Positions 20,525 through 33,183 of a DNA stretch of 64,000 bases are shown piece by piece; positions within the stretch are counted from its first letter, which is position 1, and every line of letters starts with the position of its first letter. The translations under genes and the position numbers were made by a program. The stretch lies in the NCBI GenBank assembly GCA_963801605.1, contig CAWDFP010000007.1:128001-192000 (forward strand). The letters run 5' to 3'. The notes beneath the pieces were generated by a model. The model ran no database searches and was not told where the DNA came from. It saw nothing but the letters and a program-made list of their open reading frames with translations. Source of the DNA: an uncultured candidate division Zixibacteria bacterium. GTDB taxonomy: Bacteria; Zixibacteria; MSB-5A5; UBA10806.

Positions 20525-23022
20525 CTACCGGACTACTATATTCAAAAGCTTGCCAGCAACGAATATTCTCTTCACTACCTGTTTGCCGTCGAGATATTTG
20601 GCGGTATGTTCATCTTTAAGCGCCAACTCGAACAGTTGCTCTTCTGTAATATCGACGGCAACATCAAAACTTCCGCGAAGCTTACTATTGATCTGGACTA
20701 CCATCGTAACGGTTGATAACTCAAGCGCCGCTGGATCGTATGATGGCCATTTCTGATCGAATACGCTGCCTGAGCCTCCGCCAAGATGCCAAAGCTCCTC
20801 ACCAAGATGCGGCGCGAGCGGCGCCATAATAAGAATCAGCTGTTTTAGAGCGTAATAAAACAGATCGCTTTTGGGCTTACTATCATCAATAATCTTATAT
20901 AGATCATTGACCAATTCCATATCGGCGGATATGGCGGTGTTGAAATCGAGGTTCTCGATATCCTCGGTGGCGCGCTTGATAGAAAGATTGAGCCGATGGT
21001 TTAACTGAGCGTCTTTAACCTTTATATCAGAATAAGTTAGGCGCAAATGACTGCGAAGGCCCTCAGCATTACCATGAATCAAGCGATAAACTCGTCCCAG
21101 GAAACGGGCGATACCGTTGATACCGGAATCATCCCAATCACCACCTAAGCTATAGGAACCCATGAACATCAGGTACATGCGAAAAGTATCTGAACCATAA
21201 TGGCTTACAAAGTAATCCGGGCTGATGGTATTACCGCGCGATTTGGAGATTTTAGCGCCTTTGCTGGTAATTGTGCCTTGATGCCGAAGCTTCGTGAAAG
21301 GCTCATCGAAATCGGTCAAGCCTATATCGTGCAAAAACATGCAAAAGAATCTGGCATACATCAGGTGCATTACGGCGTGTTCAGCGCCACCGATATACAT
21401 GTCAACCGGGAGCCATTTCTTAGCCAGATCGCGTCTCCAGGGGCCTTCATCGTAATCAGGATCAAGGTAACGGAGGAAATACCAGGACGAATCAACGAAT
21501 GTATCCATGGTTTCAACCTCGCGCTCGGCTGGTTGGCCACAATGTGGGCAAGTGGTATGAACGAACTCGGGCGAACGCGCCAGGGGCGATTTGCCATCAT
21601 CTGTGGGGCGGAAATCGCTGATCTCGGGCAACAGGACCGGTAGCTGATCGTCAGGAACGGCAACATCGCCGCAATTGGGGCAGACAATAATTGGAATGGG
21701 CGCTCCCCAGTAGCGTTGACGGGATATCAGCCAATCCCGAAGTTTGTAATTGATCTTGAAGTCGCCCTGGCGGTTTTTCTTGAGCTTCTCAGTAACACGC
21801 TTGACACCAATGGCAGATTCCAGACCGTCGAAATCCTCGGAGTTAACCATGTTGCCATACTCTTCATAAGCGGCTTTGCTTAAATCGAAAGATGAGCCAT
21901 CGATTGGCGCAATTACCTGCTTAATTTCAAGGCCGAATTTGGTAGCGAACTCCCAGTCGCGCTGGTCATGTCCGGGAACTGCCATAACTGCTCCGGTACC
22001 GTAGGATGCCAGCACATAATCGGCGATCCAAATCGGCAGGCGATTCCCATTGATTGGATTGATAGCATGACACCCGAGAAAGACTCCGGTTTTCTCCTTG
22101 ATAGTTGACATGCGCTCGATTTCGGACAATCGGCGGCTTTGCTCGATATAATCAGCGACGACTTTCTTTTGGCCGGGCGTTACGATTTTATCCACAAGCG
22201 GATGTTCCGGAGCCAATACGATATAAGTGACTCCGAAAAGGGTATCGGCTCGGGTGGTAAAAACCGGTATCCTCTCCCCTATTTTTTCGACTGTAAAATC
22301 AATCTCGCTGCCCTCGGAGCGACCGATCCAGTTGCGTTGCATGGCCATCGTTTTAGTTGGCCAATCGATCTTTTCAAGGCCAGCCAGAAGGCGGTCAGCG
22401 TATTCAGTTATGCGGAAAAACCATTGCTTGAGATTTTTATGAGTGATTTCGGTATCGCAGCGTTCGCAATGGCCATTGATAACCTGCTCGTTAGCCAGGA
22501 CAGTCTTGCAGGATGGGCACCAGTTGACCGGCGCTTCCTTACGGACGGCTTTACCATGCTTGAAAAGCTGGAGAAAGAGCCATTGAGTCCATTTGTAATA
22601 TTTCGGATCTGAAGTAGCCAGTTCCTTTGGACCAATCGTACATGGCGCCGATTTGCTTGAGCTGCTTTCTAATGTATTCAATATTCGACGCGGTAGATTT
22701 AGCGGGATGGATACCGGTCTTGATAGCATAATTTTCAGCAGGCAAGGCCAAAAGCGTCATATCCCATCGGCTCGAATACGGTGTAACCCTCCATTTTTTT
22801 CTTGCGGCTCCAGGTATCGGGCGGCCCGTAGGCGTACCAATGCCCGACATGAAGCTTATCGCCCGATGGATAGGAGAACATGACCAGCGAATAGAGCTTG
22901 TTCTTGGCATGCTCCAGATCGATCTGGTAGAGCTTATTATCCTCCCAGAATTTTCGCCATTTAGGTTCTATTTCGTGAAACGGATAAGATCCGGCGCCTT
23001 TCGGTTTGTTATCGTCAGACAT
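20525..23022 (-). CDS. leuS: Leucine--tRNA ligase (two apparent frameshifts near 22740 and 22625, probably sequencing errors)
   Basis: MFSYPSG..LHVGH (HIGH), [29 protein letters not shown] (KMSKS-like). Confidence 0.95.
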
Positions 23023-23385
23023 TTAATAATTCCTCTGTGTTGCAGCGTCACTAATCAGCCAGTTAATGGCCCACGAGACTATTGAAATCAAAATCGAGGC
23101 CAGGATTGCCACTCCAAAATTTTGCAGTTTGAATCCCGGCACCAGGTACGATACGAGATAAAGTATCAGGCCATTTATAATAAAGATAAATAATCCAAAA
23201 CTCAAAACCGTTATAGGCAGGGTCAGGAATATTAATAACGGACGTAAAACCGCGTTAAGCAGACCCAGTAAAATCGCGGTGACAATCAGAGAAACAGGAC
23301 TATCAATTTTCACCCAGGGCAGAATATTAACCACCACGAATATCGCCAGCGCGGTTACCAGTGTTCTCAGCAGAAATCTTTTCAA
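23023..23385 (-). CDS. YvlD-like 4-TM membrane protein (superfamily IV holin-like family)
   Basis: LLNAVLRPLL.FLTLPIT.LSFGLF.FIING motif. Confidence 0.85.
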   Translation of the reverse strand: MKRFLLRTLVTALAIFVVVNILPWVKIDSPVSLIVTAILLGLLNAVLRPLLIFLTLPITVLSFGLFIFIINGLILYLVSYLVPGFKLQNFGVAILASILISIVSWAINWLISDAATQRNY

Positions 23386-23473
23386 AAACGGCCCCTTTGT
23401 ATTAGCGATCCATTCCTACAGTAAAACCACAAAATATAATGATAGTTTCCAGGGGGCGATTTGGCAAGAAGTT

Positions 23474-23508
23474 AGTTATGCGTTATGAGTTATGAGTTGT
23501 GGGTTAAC
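23474..23508. repeat. Heptamer tandem repeat (AGTTATG-like, 5 units)
   Basis: AGTTATG CGTTATG AGTTATG AGTTGTG GGTTAAC. Confidence 0.65.
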
Positions 23509-23529
23509 AGAAAATGAGGATAATTTCGA

Positions 23530-25702
23530 TTATTTCAAAAGCACCATTTTATTGGTTTCTGTCCTCTCCCCTGCCTTGAGGCGGTAGAAGTAGACTCCTG
23601 ATGGCTTGTCAACCGCATTCCAGATTATGGAATGCTCTCCGGCCTCCATGATGCCCCGATTGCAGCGTCTCAATCTTCCGGCCCAAAATATCGAAGATAT
23701 CGAGGCTGACATCGGATGATATTGGCAATGTGTATGAGATTGTGGTTTGAGCATTAAAGGGGTTGGGGTAGGATTGGGAGAGGGAAAAAGCTGTAGGTAT
23801 AAAACTTTCACGAATATCTGTTGAATTGAAATGTAAAGTCATTAAGGCATTATCAGCAGCAATATAGATATAATTATTAAAGCCACACATATTTCTTACG
23901 CCGATTGGATATTCCGTCACAGTAAATGGCGAAGCGGGATTTTCCACATTAACAGCCAGAAGATCGCTTACATAAGCCACATTGTTTTCAACGAAAATAT
24001 TGCTGAATCCCTCTATTCCAAATTCGCCAAATTCAAAAAAGCCAAGGAAATTAAAGGATGATGGGTTACTGATATCAACTATTTCCAGCGCTCCCCTCGT
24101 ATTACCCATAGGCAACGCCCTTTCAGTCGCTATATAAGCATAATTATCTTTTACAAACATATTCAATGGACAATAAGGGCTTATATGGGACGTGTATATA
24201 CCCGAAAAAATTGGATTGTGGTGATCTTCAACGTTTACAATAATAATTCTATAGCCGTATCGCGAGGCGGATTGTACTAGATAAGCATAATTGTTATTTA
24301 CATGAATACTAGCCGTAGGAATATCAAAATGGTCGGGATATGCTCCGACTCTCTGAGGATTAGTAGGATTGCTAATATCGACAATAACCATGGTATCCTG
24401 TTTCTGCAAATAGGCATAAAAACCGGATATGTCGAAACAAGCTATTCCAGTGCTGTCAAGAATTGTTCCGATTGGTTCCGGCTGATTAATATTGGAAATA
24501 TCCACTATTTTAAGGCCTGCAATATCGTCTTTAAAATAAAGGTAATTGCCTTCTATTTTGAGCCGTGCAATGGATCCATCAGTAGATAAGTTAGACACTA
24601 GAATTGGATTTTCAGAATTCGAAATATCGAAAATTTTTAATCCCAGATTACCATTTGCAACAAATAAATATTGGCCTTGAATTTGGCAATCATAAACATA
24701 ATCTGTTTCATATCTGCCACTCAAAACAGGGTTATTAGGATCACTTGGATTCAATATATAAATCCCAAGTCTTTCATGAGGAGCAAATACCATGTTCTGA
24801 TCACAGGCGACATACTGCTGATTATAAAAACTACCTGGCATCTGATAGTGGCCGCAAAGCAAAGGATTGGATAAATTGGCGATATTTACAATTTGAATTC
24901 CGTTCCTATAAGGTTCGATTCCTGCCGCAAGATAGGCATATTGGCCATTAACAGAAACATTTTCAGAGTATTCAAAAGGCGTGTTGCCCAATAAAATTGG
25001 GAGGGATGGATTGGAAATATCAAGTATTGTCAATCCTGCATTGTAATCTGCGATAAACGCGATATTTTCTCTTATCGTAATTCCGTGTGCCCCTCCGGGA
25101 GTATCATAATAGCCCAATACAAGAGGACTGAATGGGTTACTAATATCAATGGTTGCCATAAATCCATCCAACATGGAGAAAGCATAATTTCCGGAAACCG
25201 CGAGGTCGTATGGCCAGCCGGTCACCGCGCATGAGCCGGACAATGTTGGATTGGCGGGATTTGACACGTCGATTATAAGGAATCGCGAAGATAGATCTTG
25301 CGTATAAACATAATTCCCTGATACTGCGAGATGAAAACCATGAGCATGGAACGAATCATATCTTCCAACCTCAAAGGGCGATGAAGGATTTGTGACATCA
25401 ATGATATATAAATAGTCCATTAATAGATAAGCATAGTTGTTCATCAATTCTATATAGGGACCATGAACGTCCCTTTGCAAACCTGGTAAATACAGCTCAC
25501 TTAAAAGTGACGGATGGGAATAATCTGTAATGTCAATTATAACTAACCCATCATAGAATGCGCAATATGCGAAATTATCTCTTATTTTAATTTCGCTGCA
25601 TCCACTAAATAAAGCTGATGATGAATAATCCAAGCTTTGCGTAAATGATGTATTGGACAGGTATATTAATATTAAAAGTGCTAATATCGCCAGTTTTTTC
25701 AT
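23530..25702 (-). CDS. Secreted LVIVD-repeat protein with PNPFN C-terminal sorting-like domain (frameshift near 23655)
   Basis: Signal peptide; many GNYAY...LxIxDISNPxNP repeats; SYPNPFNAQT; tail PSGVYFYRL...KMVLLK in a second frame; AT-rich. Confidence 0.85.
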
Positions 25703-25829
25703 TCATGCCTCCTGTTACCAGGATTAAAATGCAATCGTGATTTTATTAAGCCTAACCTGTGATGCAAGAATAACCTAAAATAATAATAACCCCATTTTTC
25801 AGATTTGCAAAGCTTTTTTTGAGGAAAAT

Positions 25830-25976
25830 CCGAGGCCCGAAAGCACCCTCGGCCTACAAGGATAATGCCTCAGGATGTCGCTGGAAAGATGCTTCCATCC
25901 TGAGGCATATAGAAAAAGCGTCAGGTTCGGGGACCTGACGCCACTTTAGCGGTCACAATAAATTGTGACACGCAGC
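25830..25976 (-). repeat. Cluster of four different REP-like palindromes
   Basis: Four stem-loops (25830-57, 25865-908, 25918-44, 25952-76); two begin with GTAG/GTGG on the minus strand. Confidence 0.65.
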
Positions 25977-25996
25977 CTTTGATACTATCTTATATT

Positions 25997-27264
25997 TTAA
26001 TCCAGCGGCGCGTAAATTCCGGAATCAACCGGACCCATCGTTACGGCGCTGAATTTATCTCTTATAAATATTTCGCGGGCGATATCGGTGATTTCGTCGG
26101 CTTTGACCGAATTAATAGATGATACGGTTTCATCGAGGCTGATATAGCGACCTGTCAATAACTCATGTTTGGCCATCCGATTCATGCGGTTGGAGGTGCT
26201 CTCCAGACCCAGCATCAAGTTTCCCTTTTGCTGTTCCTTGATTCGGGAAAGATCGTCAGCGGATAGGGGTTCATTGCAGACGCGATCGATCTCCCCCATC
26301 ACCGCCGTGATAGCCCGTTTGGCATTGTGCTTATCGGCGGCCAAATATAGGCCGAAAATACCGGTATCCTGAAAGTAATCAACATACGAAAAGACGTTGT
26401 AAGCCAGGCCCAAATTTTCTCTGACTTTTTGGAATAGCCGGGACGACATCCCTCCACCCAACAGCGAATTTAAGCAGCGATAGGGCCGCTCTGTTGGGAT
26501 CGTTGAAATCTTTGGCAGGAATACCCAGGCAGATATGAGTCTGGCTCGGTTTACGTTTGAAGACCTTCCTCAGCGGCTTGAAATTCGGACGTCTTTCTGC
26601 CATCAGGTCTTGGTTTTGCACCTGAAATGGTAAAATTCCGATGCACCAAATCCACCAAATTGTTGTGATCGATATTTCCCGAGGCTGCTAAGAGCATTCT
26701 ATCCGGACGATAGAATTTTTTCATGTGGCCGAGTATAGCCGAACGACTAAGCCCTTTGACTGAAGTGCGCGTTCCCTGTATCGGCCAGCCAAGCGCATGA
26801 TTTCCGAATAAAGCTTTGGCAAATAGATCATGCACCAGATCCGATGGCGAATCCTCGATATCTTTGATCTCCTCCAGCACAACGCTTTTTTCTTTCTCGA
26901 TCTCGCTTGCCTTTAATAGCGGATTATTGATGAGATCGAAAAGAATTTCAACTGCCAACGGCAGATGCTCATCGAGGAATCTGGCATAAAAGCAGGTTTC
27001 CTCGCGGCTGGTAAAGGCGTTAAGGACACCGCCAACAGATTCGAGACTGGAGGCTATCTGAGAAGCGTCGCGAGTCTTAGTTCCCTTGAATACCATGTGC
27101 TCGATGAAATGCGAGATACCCAGGGATGATTCAGACTCATCCCTGGAGCCAACATTAAGCCAGAGGCCCAAAGAAACCGACCTGACATGAGGAATGGCCT
27201 CGGTTATTACCTTGAGGCCATTCGGAAATACAGTTCTCTTATAGACGGAAGAATCCGCTGCCAT
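25997..27264 (-). CDS. M16 family (pitrilysin-like) zinc peptidase, two apparent frameshifts
   Basis: HFIEH zinc motif, NAFTSRE, LGGGMSSRLFQKVRE..GLAY. Confidence 0.92.
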
Positions 27265-27266
27265 TA

Positions 27267-29429
27267 TTAATCTCGCCTGGGACGATAGGGACGGTCCGGT
27301 CTGCGATCATTATTAGAGCGTTCCGGGCGATCATTTTGCGGCGGGCCGTCGCCGGATTTCTCCAGCAGCACTCGTCGAGAAAGCCTGACTTTGCCTTCCT
27401 GATCGATGCCGATTACCTTCACTTTGACCTCATCGCCGACATTGACAACATCCTCTACCCTGTTGACGCGGAAATTATCAAGTTCGGAGATATGCACCAG
27501 GCCATCGACATTGGGCAGAATTTCAACGAACGCGCCAAAAGCAGCGATGCGTTTGACCTTACCGATATAGACCTTATCGAGTTCGGCTTCCTCGGTAAGA
27601 GCCAGAATCCTGTCTCTGGCAGCCTCGCCAGCGACCTGATCAACCGAGGCAATGGTAACGGTGCCGTCATCCTCGATATCGATCTTAGCGCCGGTGGCCT
27701 CGATGATGCTTCTGATCATTTTACCGCCGGGTCCGATTACCTCGCCGATCTTGTCAATCGGTATCTTGATGGTGATAATTCGAGGCGCGTAGGGAGATAG
27801 CTCGGGCTTTGGCTCCGAAATCGCCTGATTCATCTTATCGAGGATATAAAGCCTACCCTGCCGGGCTTGCTCCAGGGCGGTCGACATTAGTTCGATAGTG
27901 AGTCCGCCGATTTTGATATCAAGCTGGAATGCCGTGATTCCACCGGAGGTTCCCGCAACTTTGAAATCCATATCGCCGAGGTGATCCTCAACTCCAAGAA
28001 TATCACTAAGAATGGCGCGGCGATCACCTTCCATAACAAGGCCCATAGCTATACCGGCTACAGGCGCTTTGATAGGAACGCCAGCGTCCATTAAGGCTAA
28101 CGAACCGCCGCAAACGGTCGCCATCGATGATGAACCGTTGGATTCCAGAACGTCAGAAACTATCCTGATTGTATATGGGAATTTTTCCTCGGCGGGGATA
28201 ATCGGATCGAGCGCCCGTTCCGCCAGAGCGCCGTGCCCGATTTCTCTTCGTCCCGGACCTCTGATCGGCCTGACTTCGCCAACCGAATATGATGGGAAAT
28301 TATAGTGCAGCATATAGCTCTTGAAAGATTCACCAAGAAGATCATCAATCCGCTGTTCATCCATCTTGGTTCCAAGAGTGGTGACAACCAGGGCTTGCGT
28401 TTGTCCCCTGGTAAACACGGCGGAACCGTGGGTGCGGGGCAATAAACCGATCTCGATCGAGATATCTCTGATGTCGGTTAAACCGCGGCCATCGGAACGA
28501 ATGTTCTCTCCCAAAATCATTTCACGAAGGTCGGTGCGTTCGATATCATCTATTACTTTCGTAATCGCACTTTCCGATTCTGGAAAACGCTCGGCCAGAG
28601 CCTCCTTGGTTTCTTTCTTGATGGCCTCGATGGCTTCGCCGCGAGCCTTTTTCTCTCTGATACGATTGGCGGTTTTGACCTTTGTCTCGGCCATTTCTGT
28701 TACGGCTCGAATAATCTCAACGTTGGGAACAGGCGGAGTAACCTCGGTTTTGGGTTTACCGGCTTTGGCCTTCAAATCATCAATAGCGGCTACCACTTTT
28801 TTGACATGCTCATGACCAAAGGAAAGAGCATCCACCATATCCTTTTCGGAGATTTCCTGAGCGCCACCCTCGACCATGATGATATGATCTTTGGTACCGA
28901 CGATAGTGATATTCAAATCGGATTTCTCAAGTTCTGAGAAAAGCGGATCGACTACGAAGTTACCATCGACTCGTCCCACGCGCACAGCCCCGATAGGGTT
29001 GTTGAACGGGATATCAGAAATCGATAGCGCGGCTGAGGCGCCGATGATTCCCAGGATGTCACCGTCGTTTTCCTGATCGGATGAGAGGACCTGAATCATA
29101 ATCTGGACCTCATCGGTATATCCATCAGGGAACAGCGGGCGGATAGGTCTGTCAGTCAGGCGCGCCGATAGGATTTCCTTTTCGGTGGGTCTGCCTTCAC
29201 GCTTGAAAAATCCACCGGGGATTTTTCCGGCGGCATACGATTTTTCTCTATAATCCACTGTCAGCGGAAAGAAATCCCGGGCTACAGTAGTTGGGGCGCT
29301 GGTGACGGCGGTCAGTACTATCGTATCGCCCAGACGCACCAACACAGAACCACTGGCCTGTCTGGCGACTCGTCCGGTCTCTATCGATAATGTCCGGCCA
29401 TCATCAAAGCGCAATTCTATTTTTTCCAA
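27267..29429 (-). CDS. pnp: Polyribonucleotide nucleotidyltransferase
   Basis: [25 protein letters not shown] and S1 domains. Confidence 0.99.
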   Translation of the reverse strand: MEKIELRFDDGRTLSIETGRVARQASGSVLVRLGDTIVLTAVTSAPTTVARDFFPLTVDYREKSYAAGKIPGGFFKREGRPTEKEILSARLTDRPIRPLFPDGYTDEVQIMIQVLSSDQENDGDILGIIGASAALSISDIPFNNPIGAVRVGRVDGNFVVDPLFSELEKSDLNITIVGTKDHIIMVEGGAQEISEKDMVDALSFGHEHVKKVVAAIDDLKAKAGKPKTEVTPPVPNVEIIRAVTEMAETKVKTANRIREKKARGEAIEAIKKETKEALAERFPESESAITKVIDDIERTDLREMILGENIRSDGRGLTDIRDISIEIGLLPRTHGSAVFTRGQTQALVVTTLGTKMDEQRIDDLLGESFKSYMLHYNFPSYSVGEVRPIRGPGRREIGHGALAERALDPIIPAEEKFPYTIRIVSDVLESNGSSSMATVCGGSLALMDAGVPIKAPVAGIAMGLVMEGDRRAILSDILGVEDHLGDMDFKVAGTSGGITAFQLDIKIGGLTIELMSTALEQARQGRLYILDKMNQAISEPKPELSPYAPRIITIKIPIDKIGEVIGPGGKMIRSIIEATGAKIDIEDDGTVTIASVDQVAGEAARDRILALTEEAELDKVYIGKVKRIAAFGAFVEILPNVDGLVHISELDNFRVNRVEDVVNVGDEVKVKVIGIDQEGKVRLSRRVLLEKSGDGPPQNDRPERSNNDRRPDRPYRPRRD

Positions 29430-29452
29430 TTGTTTCCTCCAGGTACCCGAGG

Positions 29453-29722
29453 TTACTTCCTCAGGTTTAGATTATCGATCAGCGCGCGATACGCCTCCAC
29501 GTCACTCTTTTTCAAGTATTCGAGAAGACGGCGGCGCTGTCCGACCATCTGCAATAGCCCGCGACGGGAATGGTGATCCTTGACATGGGCCTTGAAATGG
29601 TCCGTCAATCCGTTGATACGGGCCGTTAACAGGGCCACCTGCACTTCAACAGAACCGGTATCGGTCTCGTGCAGACGGTAATCCTTGACCAGTTTTTCCT
29701 TTTCTTCCTTTGTGAAACTCAA
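29453..29722 (-). CDS. rpsO: 30S ribosomal protein uS15
   Basis: [22 protein letters not shown]. Confidence 0.99.
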   Translation of the reverse strand: MSFTKEEKEKLVKDYRLHETDTGSVEVQVALLTARINGLTDHFKAHVKDHHSRRGLLQMVGQRRRLLEYLKKSDVEAYRALIDNLNLRK

Positions 29723-30663
29723 CTTACTGCCTCCTTATTCAGCATTCTCTTCTTTATTTCTATCTCATCGTTTTTCATCTGTTCAATTAATTCGTCTTTG
29801 CCGGCAAACTTAGTTGGCGGCCTTATATAATCGATCAGGTTGACAGTGGCATGATCGGAATCGACTTTCCCGTCGAAATCAAATAGATTTATCTCAACCG
29901 AAAGCGCCATATCATTAAATGTCAGGCGCGATCCGATATAGAGCATTCCGGCATAGCTATGATCATCAAAGCGGGCGAGTCCCGAGTATACACCCTCTTT
30001 GGGCAAAAGCTTGCCGGATGGCACAGCCAGATTAATCGTGGGGTAGCCCAGAGTTTTGCCGATACCATGGCCTTTTACGATTTTGCCTGTCAGGAAATAA
30101 TCGTAACCCAAAGCCCGTTTGGCAAGTTCAAATTCCCCGGCTTTCAACAATTCTCTGATAATGGTCGATTTCACATTCTGATTATTTATACGAAATTCGG
30201 GGACAACAGTAAAATCAAAATTATCCGTTTTGGACATTTTGGCCAGAAGCTCTTTATTACCAGCCCGGTCTTTCCCGAAGGCGTGATCATATCCAATCAC
30301 CAGGGCTTTCATATTCATCTCATCGATGAGCAGTTCGCGGACAAAGGTTTCCGGAGGATATGAAGCCAATTGGCGGTTGAAATCAAGAATGACGACTGTT
30401 TCAATACCGGTAGCGGAAAGAAGATCGAGCTTTTCCTCGAGGGTGGTTAAAAGCTCGGTAGGCCCGCGCTTTCCCAGAACCGCCTGGGGATGAGGATGAA
30501 ATGTCACCAGCACCGAATGCAGTCCCCTCTCGCGGCTAACTTCCAACAAGGTGGCAATGATCTTCTTATGACCAACATGGACTCCGTCAAAGGTGCCAAG
30601 GGTGACGGCGGTATTGGTCAGATTGGTGGCTTCTAACTCAGTTAACCCGTATATGACCTTCAT
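29719..30663 (-). CDS. ribF: Riboflavin kinase/FAD synthetase
   Basis: [26 protein letters not shown]. Confidence 0.96.
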   Translation of the reverse strand: MKVIYGLTELEATNLTNTAVTLGTFDGVHVGHKKIIATLLEVSRERGLHSVLVTFHPHPQAVLGKRGPTELLTTLEEKLDLLSATGIETVVILDFNRQLASYPPETFVRELLIDEMNMKALVIGYDHAFGKDRAGNKELLAKMSKTDNFDFTVVPEFRINNQNVKSTIIRELLKAGEFELAKRALGYDYFLTGKIVKGHGIGKTLGYPTINLAVPSGKLLPKEGVYSGLARFDDHSYAGMLYIGSRLTFNDMALSVEINLFDFDGKVDSDHATVNLIDYIRPPTKFAGKDELIEQMKNDEIEIKKRMLNKEAVS

Positions 30664-31588
30664 CTATCACCCTTACATAAGTGCCCATAACCTGAGATGG
30701 ACTTAGTTTTTCGATTGAATGCCAATTCAAATTAAGACGGGCCAAAGCCAAAACCTTTTCCTCCTCATCCAACAACAAGGATAACTCTCCCCCGTTGCCG
30801 TGATAATCGCCCTCGGTAAAATATTTCTTAACGAGAGGCCGTCCGCCAATAACCGCCCCGGCGTATTCCTCTTTAATCCTTAGCACAGGATAATCCGGTA
30901 GAGCCTCCTTAAGCGGCCGGATATAATTTTCGGGTGAGGCCGATTTCATTATCTCCTCGAGGGTATGAGCCTCGGATAAACGAAATGAACCAACTTCCAA
31001 ACGCCGTAAAGTTTTTAGATACCCCCCACATCCGATAGCAGCGCCCATTTGATGGGCCAGGCTTCTGATATAGGTGCCGGTGGAACAAGAGATATCCAAA
31101 GCTACTTCGGGCCAGGCGTAATCTATTACTTCAAGAGATGTTATTTCCACAACCTTAATGCCAGGGTTGAAAATTTTACCGTTACGGGCCAGCTTATGCA
31201 AAGTTTTTCCGCCACGTTTGGCGGCAGAATACGGCGGAATATTCTGTTCGATTTCTCCGCGATAATTATTGAGAAGCGTCTCAAATTGCTCGCGCGAGAA
31301 ATCACCCGGTTCGGTTTGGGATGTTATTTGGCCATCGGCATCATACGTATCCGTGGCAACGCCAAAATCGACGCGCGCTACGTAGCGTTTTGTCATTCCG
31401 GTCAGGAGGCTGGAGAGAAGGGTTCCCTGACCAAGGAGCATCACCAGAAGGCCGGTAGCATTGGGATCGAGTATCCCGGTATGACCAATTCGGCGTGTAT
31501 CGAGTTTACGGCGCAAATAATTAACTACATCATGTGACGTCATTCCGGCCGGCTTATCCAAGAGCATGATGCCGTTTCTAATTTCCAT
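30638..31588 (-). CDS. truB: tRNA pseudouridine(55) synthase
   Basis: DKPAGMTSHD, GHTGILDP, CSTGTYIRSL. Confidence 0.97.
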   Translation of the reverse strand: MEIRNGIMLLDKPAGMTSHDVVNYLRRKLDTRRIGHTGILDPNATGLLVMLLGQGTLLSSLLTGMTKRYVARVDFGVATDTYDADGQITSQTEPGDFSREQFETLLNNYRGEIEQNIPPYSAAKRGGKTLHKLARNGKIFNPGIKVVEITSLEVIDYAWPEVALDISCSTGTYIRSLAHQMGAAIGCGGYLKTLRRLEVGSFRLSEAHTLEEIMKSASPENYIRPLKEALPDYPVLRIKEEYAGAVIGGRPLVKKYFTEGDYHGNGGELSLLLDEEEKVLALARLNLNWHSIEKLSPSQVMGTYVRVIDEGHIRVN

Positions 31589-32559
31589 GAACAAACTCCG
31601 CGGCCCTGGAAATGACATCATCAACTACTTTGGACAAGGGACCAACAAGGGTAAAACCGGCAGCGTTAGTATGGCCGCCACCGTTGAATCGCTTTGCAAA
31701 TGCGGCGGCATCGAGACCGTTTTGGGAGCGGACAGATATTTTTATCTCGCCGCTTCCAACCTCCTTAAAGAGGAAGCCCAGCCGTACTCCGGCAACTCCC
31801 AGCGAAAAATCTACAAAGCCCTCAGAATCCTCCATCCGAGCCTGGGCTTGTCTGACACTTTCCTGGGTTACCAGCAAATAGCTGATCACGCCATTTTCAG
31901 CTACTTTAAGGCTACTTAAAGTCAATCCGAGCAAACGCAATGTAGCCGGGGATGCCTTGCTAAATATATTTTCGAATATTTTTTTGGGACTTGCGCCCAT
32001 ATTCTACCAGGTCGGCGGCTATTTTCATTCCGCGGGCGGTCGTCGATGCAAAGCGGAAATTACCGGTATCGCAGATTATTGCCGCGTAAAGGTCCTCGGC
32101 AATTTCGGCGGTGATTTTGAGTTCGCTTTCATCGATCAGGAAATAGATCAGCTCCCCGACAGCGCAACTTTCGGTGTCGACCCAGTTGATATCACCATAC
32201 TGTCCGTTATCCTTATGATGATCAATATTTATTTTGATGGCTGATTTCGGCAAAAGTTCGGATACGAATCCAATGCGTTCGAGAGTGGGACATTCAAGAA
32301 TAAAAACCGCATCCGGCGTAAATTGTAACGGCGTTTTATCGAAATTGATTATGCCCGTGGGATCCAAAAAGCGATATTTTTCGGGCATACCACCCTGATT
32401 GACAATTAATACCTCTTTGCCGTAATCCTTTAAAGCGCGATAAAGCCCAAGTTGCGATCCGATTGAATCACCGTCAGGGTCTTTATGGGAAGTGATCAGG
32501 AATCGATCCTTCCCTTTAATTAAATCAAGTATTTCTTTAATCTTTGGGCTTTTGTTCAT
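31578..32559 (-). CDS. nrnA: DHH/DHHA1 phosphoesterase (NrnA-like), one frameshift near 31995
   Basis: HKDPDGDS, IDHH, DTGNFRF, GGGHTNAAG. Confidence 0.9.
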
Positions 32560-32899
32560 CGCGCTTTATTTGTTCCAAAATCTCGTTAATTCGCATGACA
32601 TGTTCAGCGGAGGCGTCGAAATGATAGGATAATTCAGGCGTAAACCTGATCCTCATTCTCTGTCCTACCATCCGTCTGATTACTCCGGCATGACGCTTCA
32701 GGAAATCCATGCAGGGATCCTGATCTTTCTCGGGGTTTAAAACCGAGAAAAATATTTTGCCATATTTTAAATCGCGGGTGATCTCGGCTCTGGTAAAGGT
32801 AATCATTGCCGGCGGATTATCCCGCATTTCATTGGCGACGATATCCGCAATCTCCTTGATTATCTGGCTTTGCAGCCTGTCAACTCTGGAAAAATCCAT
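32537..32899 (-). CDS. rbfA: Ribosome-binding factor A
   Basis: RVDRL, TRDLKYGKIF, IRFTPEL; operon position. Confidence 0.93.
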   Translation of the reverse strand: MDFSRVDRLQSQIIKEIADIVANEMRDNPPAMITFTRAEITRDLKYGKIFFSVLNPEKDQDPCMDFLKRHAGVIRRMVGQRMRIRFTPELSYHFDASAEHVMRINEILEQIKRDEQKPKD

Positions 32900-32901
32900 T
32901 T

Positions 32902-33183
32902 TTAGCGCCACTCCAGTTCGCAATTCGTCATTATAGCGTCTGACCTGTTTTGAACTAAATCCTGTACTCGTGATAACACGCCATTAGCGTAAGAGGCATC
33001 CTCGGAAATGACTGCAACGCCTAAAAGGGCCGAACGCCAGATATCCTGGTCACCAATTTCTGCTACTGATACATTAAAACCGTTGCGCAACCTGTCCTTG
33101 ATGCTTTTTATCACTCGTCGCTTATCTTTAAGCGAATTAGCCTGGGGAATCGATATCGATATGGTTAATATTCCAACAACCAT
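32902..33183 (-). CDS. DUF503 (YlxP) protein
   Basis: SLKDKRRVIKS, FNVSVAE; lies between infB and rbfA. Confidence 0.92.
   Translation of the reverse strand: MVVGILTISISIPQANSLKDKRRVIKSIKDRLRNGFNVSVAEIGDQDIWRSALLGVAVISEDASYANGVLSRVQDLVQNRSDAIMTNCELEWR

Noticed and set aside
22600..22760. Programmed frameshifting in leuS
   Set aside because: No slippery heptamer or stimulatory structure seen, and similar indels are scattered over many unrelated genes.
23023..23385. Holin indicating a prophage
   Set aside because: The YvlD-type family is common in core chromosomes, the gene abuts leuS, and no phage genes are nearby.
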